Assembly (NCBI GenBank): GCA_963667565.1
Contig: OY763415.1
Location: 1,024,001-1,088,000, forward strand
Origin: Acholeplasmataceae bacterium
GTDB taxonomy: Bacteria > Bacillota_I > Bacilli_A > Acholeplasmatales > Acholeplasmataceae
Length of the DNA: 64,000 nt
Direction: 5' to 3'
The notes beneath the pieces were generated by a model. The model was given only the letters and a program-made list of their open reading frames with translations, did not search any database and had not been told where the DNA came from. How positions within the stretch are numbered: position 1 is the first letter of the stretch; each line of letters begins with the position of its first letter. A program made the translations under genes and the position numbers. Shown here in pieces: positions 60,515-64,000 of the stretch.

Positions 60515-61699
60515 TTATTGTTTTATGATTGGGTAATCATTTGTCACAGCTTCCCAAATGTTAGTAAAGTCAAATCCTAATGTTGAGGATAAATAAGAAG
60601 CTGATTGTAGATTTGCTACAGTTGTTGATGATGCGGTATATTGATCGGTTGGATTACCTGAAACACCACTAAATGTTTGAGTGCTTGCATAACGTAAAGT
60701 GTTATAAGACCCACCACTATTATAACCATATAGATGACCATAATATGTATAATTTGCATATCCATTGACATAAATATTACCTGTTGCAAAACTATGATTG
60801 ATGTTTCCCGCACTATATCCTACAAGTCCACCAGTTAATGTGTAAACTGTTTCTGTACCACTTCCTGATGTGGAAATATTTGTTGTGACATCACCTGATG
60901 CATAACTATAACTAATGATTCCTTGATTTTGCCCTACAAGCCCACCAGCATAAACATATGAAGTTGTTCGATCTCTATAATTCGAAGTTATACCTGAAAC
61001 ATTAAAAATTAAATCTGCCTGTGAATACGAATTGGTTATGACCCCTGTAGGACGATTAATTCCAACTAATCCTCCAGCTAGTGCAGTTGCTGTACTTGTA
61101 CCTCTATATGATGTCGAAATGTCAGTATTAACAATAATCGTTGAACCTCTTACTTCAGCATTACTAATGACCCCTTCGTTTTCACCAACTAATACACCTG
61201 ATACAGAAACTTCTGTTGAATTGTTTACTGATGTTGAATCCGTTAAGGTGATTTCAACATTCTCAACAACTACATTGCTAATAGTACCTGAATTATGTAA
61301 GAAAATGCTCGTATAATCATAATCAGAAGTTGTTCCATCTGTGCCTTCTTCAATAATCTCAAATCCAGATATTGTGAATCCATTTCCCTCAAAGGTTCCT
61401 TGGAAATCAACAACCGGTTCAAATGTATTTTCTGGATTATCTGACAAGTCAATATCCCCAGGTAAAACAAAAACATCCTCAGGTTGAGTTTCAATATCAC
61501 CGCTAAGTAAATCAACGAGAATATTCTCATCTACCAAGGTACCACCCTCTGGAACATCTACCCATGTGCCTACGGATACACTATCATTTGCAATATTGGT
61601 ATCACCACTAATTTGGTTTGCCCAATAAGCAAATATCGTTGATGTATTAAAAATGATTAATAATATTTCTAAAATTAAAATAAGTTTTTTTCTTGACAT
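60515..61699 (-). CDS. Secreted GLUG-motif protein
   Basis: Repeated (A)GGLVG.N.G.I..SY; FQGTFEGNGFTIS; N-terminal signal; start at ATG 61699. Confidence 0.75.
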   Translation of the reverse strand: MSRKKLILILEILLIIFNTSTIFAYWANQISGDTNIANDSVSVGTWVDVPEGGTLVDENILVDLLSGDIETQPEDVFVLPGDIDLSDNPENTFEPVVDFQGTFEGNGFTISGFEIIEEGTDGTTSDYDYTSIFLHNSGTISNVVVENVEITLTDSTSVNNSTEVSVSGVLVGENEGVISNAEVRGSTIIVNTDISTSYRGTSTATALAGGLVGINRPTGVITNSYSQADLIFNVSGITSNYRDRTTSYVYAGGLVGQNQGIISYSYASGDVTTNISTSGSGTETVYTLTGGLVGYSAGNINHSFATGNIYVNGYANYTYYGHLYGYNSGGSYNTLRYASTQTFSGVSGNPTDQYTASSTTVANLQSASYLSSTLGFDFTNIWEAVTNDYPIIKQ

Positions 61700-61844
61700 A
61701 ACTACCTCAAATACATAAATATGATAAATCATATTTGTATTCTATTCTTCTTTATATTTTATACAAATTTACTCAAAAAGTCAAAAATGATATATAAAAG
61801 CACCGGGGTTTAATAAATGATAGTGTTTTCAGTGTCAAAAGTAT

Positions 61845-61870
61845 AAAAAAATGACACTCCAAGGTGTCAT
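61845..61870 (-). terminator. Intrinsic terminator with no ORF directly upstream
   Basis: Minus strand ATGACAC-CTTGGA-GTGTCAT followed by T6. Confidence 0.6.
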
Positions 61871-61913
61871 ATCTCATCATGAATAAAGCATTAATGAAGT
61901 CTCTGCTAACCTT

Positions 61914-62141
61914 AACTGGTAAGAATTTGCCAAATCGAGAAATATCGAGTAACGGTTGGCATCTGTGAGTAAATGGTGGTAAGTAATTTACCTACTACAA
62001 CTGGTAAGAAAATGACCTAAAGTGGAAAATTCGAGAAAAATGATATTCTAGATTACTCATAGATTAATGATACAGTTTAGTAACTTGTTAGTTCACTAAG
62101 CAAAAATATGAGATGACTATGTAATTACCTTACCATTTACT
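61914..62141. repeat. Cluster of short direct and inverted repeats
   Basis: AACTGGTAAGAA twice (61914, 61999); TCGAGAAA twice (61935, 62031); AGTAAATGGT (61968) inverted at 62132. Confidence 0.6.
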
Positions 62142-62188
62142 TGAGGCTCTCTACTGATGTAGGGAGTGATGATTTAAAGATGGATATT

Positions 62189-62222
62189 AAAAAGGTATTC
62201 AACATAACTGTCGAACACCTTT
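62189..62222 (-). terminator. Terminator of the rhs-immunity transcript
   Basis: Minus strand AAAGGTGTTCGACA-GTTA-TGTTGAATACCTTTTT; its G-U pairs form only on this strand. Confidence 0.75.
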
Positions 62223-62298
62223 ATTAATTGATTTAATTATTCGGTAGCCCTATCCTTGACTATAAACCTGTCTTGTATAACTACATTTTTTCGTGATA

Positions 62299-62874
62299 CT
62301 ATCCTTTATAAATGATTCTTCTTATTTTTTTTTCAAAATCAATTGATGAATTCAAAATTACTTTATTAAAGGTATTGTACTCACAAGTTAATGCATTTAC
62401 CTTAAGAATATCGAATTCAATTTTAGTTTTTCTTTGCATATTATTCCTGCTTTGACTAATATTAATATCATCAATTAAGAAAGGATAAAGTAATTTAATT
62501 TTTTTTGTATCATCCATTATCCAAATGTACAAACCAAAATGCCTTCCACCCATCCCTTTGTTCATATTGTGTTGAATATAAGTGGCAAACTTTATTTTGC
62601 AAATCTTTGCATTTTGAACCTTTATTGGTGCAAAATTTTTTATCTTAGAAAATCGATATGTCATAACATTTAGTATCACAAATGGATATAATATTATGAT
62701 TGGAGCAATCAATCCAATAAAAGTCAGCTTGAAATTGATATTTTCCGCAAATAATATTAAAACAGCTAATCCAAAAATAATTAAAGGATAAATATACATG
62801 AATACCCTATTGATGTTTAAATTGGTTTCTTTTATAACACGACTATAAAACTTATTTAGGTTGATATCATTCAT
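62299..62874 (-). CDS. Hypothetical two-TM protein, putative Rhs immunity protein
   Basis: Starts 21 nt after the rhs stop with an AGGAGG RBS; two N-terminal TMs and a basic tail. Confidence 0.5.
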   Translation of the reverse strand: MNDINLNKFYSRVIKETNLNINRVFMYIYPLIIFGLAVLILFAENINFKLTFIGLIAPIIILYPFVILNVMTYRFSKIKNFAPIKVQNAKICKIKFATYIQHNMNKGMGGRHFGLYIWIMDDTKKIKLLYPFLIDDINISQSRNNMQRKTKIEFDILKVNALTCEYNTFNKVILNSSIDFEKKIRRIIYKG

Positions 62875-62895
62875 ATTTTCCCCTCCTAAACATTA

Positions 62896-64000
62896 TTATA
62901 TGTTGAATACAAAATCTATGGATGCTTCTATGCCAACCCTAATTTTCTTAAAAGGATTAGTTTGAATTATTTCATCAATAAGTCTTTCTCTTGATGTTGA
63001 TCCAATCTTGAAACTGCCTAATCCAATTTCCTTAAGTTCTTTGTTGACCTTTGAATTGTTTTTCGATATATTTCTAATCGATTTATACTTTGATCCGCCT
63101 AAAGATTTCGTTATACTTTTTGCAACTCCGTAACTTAATCCTGACAATACAGCACTTTTTACAAAACTTCCAATTCCATCTTCAAATGATTTGATGTCTC
63201 CCGATATAATTCCTCCGAGGACATCTCCTATACCAGATGCTACCATTGTACTTAACATGTTAGCTCCCAGTCCTCCTATTGCACCAGCAATTGTTGCACC
63301 AGCTAGTTCTCTTAGATTAACCTGAGAAATACTTTTATCCTCTATTACCATTTGACTAAATAAATTAGATCCTCCGGCAATTGTTGCACCAATCAATGCT
63401 CCAGCAACTGGTCCAGCAACACCAGCAGTTGCTACGGTTAATGCAATCACTGCAAATACGGCACCAACAATAATAATACCTTTTAGCCATCTAGGAAGAT
63501 TCCCATTTTCATCTGACAAATCAATTGGATTATTTTCACAGTATGTAAAAATATTTGTACCGGTTACAGTATCAGTATTCATATAATTTGTATTGTCTGT
63601 ATTGATGAATCTATTACAATATGGGTTATAGTATCTGCTCTTTAAATAATACCAAGCAGTTTCTTCATCATAATAGTAACCTTTGTAGACAAAACTGTTT
63701 AATTCTGCAATATCTTCTCCGATAGTATTTGGAGTATAAACTTTAGCAAGTAATTTACCCCATGCATCATATTTATATGATACCATAACTTCTTTATTTT
63801 CATCAACTATTTCTGTTATGACTCCAAGTAAGTCTCTAATGTAATAGTACATCTTGTTCAGGTATTCAAACCCTACTAAAAGACCTCTTTCATTATAGAT
63901 ATATCTGATTGACTGTGTTCCATTCTTTGTTTCTGAAATGATGTTTGATCCATTTAGTTCATAGGTTGTGATATCACTACCTACAATCTTTTTAGTTCTC
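62896..64000 (-). CDS. RHS-repeat-associated core protein, C-terminal part (5' end outside the window)
   Basis: Frame stays open to the window edge (RTKKIVGSDITTYELNG...). YYIRDLLG, YKYDAWG, YKGYYYDEET.WYYL.SRYY.P...RFI, YCENNPI..SDENG, then a variable C-terminus. Confidence 0.9.
   Translation of the reverse strand, partial: RTKKIVGSDITTYELNGSNIISETKNGTQSIRYIYNERGLLVGFEYLNKMYYYIRDLLGVITEIVDENKEVMVSYKYDAWGKLLAKVYTPNTIGEDIAELNSFVYKGYYYDEETAWYYLKSRYYNPYCNRFINTDNTNYMNTDTVTGTNIFTYCENNPIDLSDENGNLPRWLKGIIIVGAVFAVIALTVATAGVAGPVAGALIGATIAGGSNLFSQMVIEDKSISQVNLRELAGATIAGAIGGLGANMLSTMVASGIGDVLGGIISGDIKSFEDGIGSFVKSAVLSGLSYGVAKSITKSLGGSKYKSIRNISKNNSKVNKELKEIGLGSFKIGSTSRERLIDEIIQTNPFKKIRVGIEASIDFVFNI

Noticed and set aside
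4933..61530. Other 60-139 aa ORFs overlapping long genes (for example 8361..8678, 48605..49024, 57843..58163, 61032..61316)
   Set aside because: Shadow ORFs of well-supported genes on the opposite strand or another frame.
61870..62180. CRISPR array, tRNA or dif site in the repeat-rich gap
   Set aside because: Repeats are 12 bp or shorter and irregularly spaced; no cloverleaf or XerCD consensus seen.
62713..62740. Partial match to the ECF motif (TCCAATAAA-N13-TTGATA)
   Set aside because: Imperfect -10 box, inside and antisense to a CDS; probably chance.
1..64000. Genetic code 4 (TGA as Trp)
   Set aside because: Long genes are intact under code 11, use TGG for Trp, and several end in TGA at overlapping gene junctions.

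Overview
AT-rich chromosomal segment using the standard code (TGA is a stop, Trp is TGG). Gene content (PolC, many lipoproteins, no cell-wall genes in view) suggests a low-GC Bacillota, probably an Acholeplasmatales-like lineage; this taxonomy is inference. In order: polC (truncated at the left edge, missing from the ORF track); a ytqA/ytqB (mnmL/mnmM-like) tRNA-modification pair; an ECF sigma cluster with a membrane partner and an RsgI-like lipoprotein; leuS and acpP; a ~26 kb starch/maltodextrin/glycogen locus (malQ, seven GH13 enzymes including glgB and two pullulanases, glgP, LacI regulator, ABC system with a giant MalF, a secreted non-catalytic carbohydrate-binding protein); 5'-nucleotidase, split chromate transporter, GDPD, MFS sugar transporter, msrB, pgpA, a solitary arcA; livKHMGF; a lysine-riboswitch-controlled acetyl-DAP operon; and the 3' end of an Rhs toxin with a putative immunity gene. 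Most notable unannotated signals: (1) a ~80-nt candidate sRNA between arcA and livF with a near-consensus sigma70 promoter, two hairpins and three anti-Shine-Dalgarno-like tracts; (2) a lysine riboswitch that seems to lack the L2-L3 kissing-loop arms; (3) a self-defining ECF promoter motif with an RsgI-type autocleavage domain moved onto a lipoprotein; (4) a possible surface starch-capture complex under a mappable LacI operator set. No tRNA, rRNA, CRISPR array or transposase was recognised.
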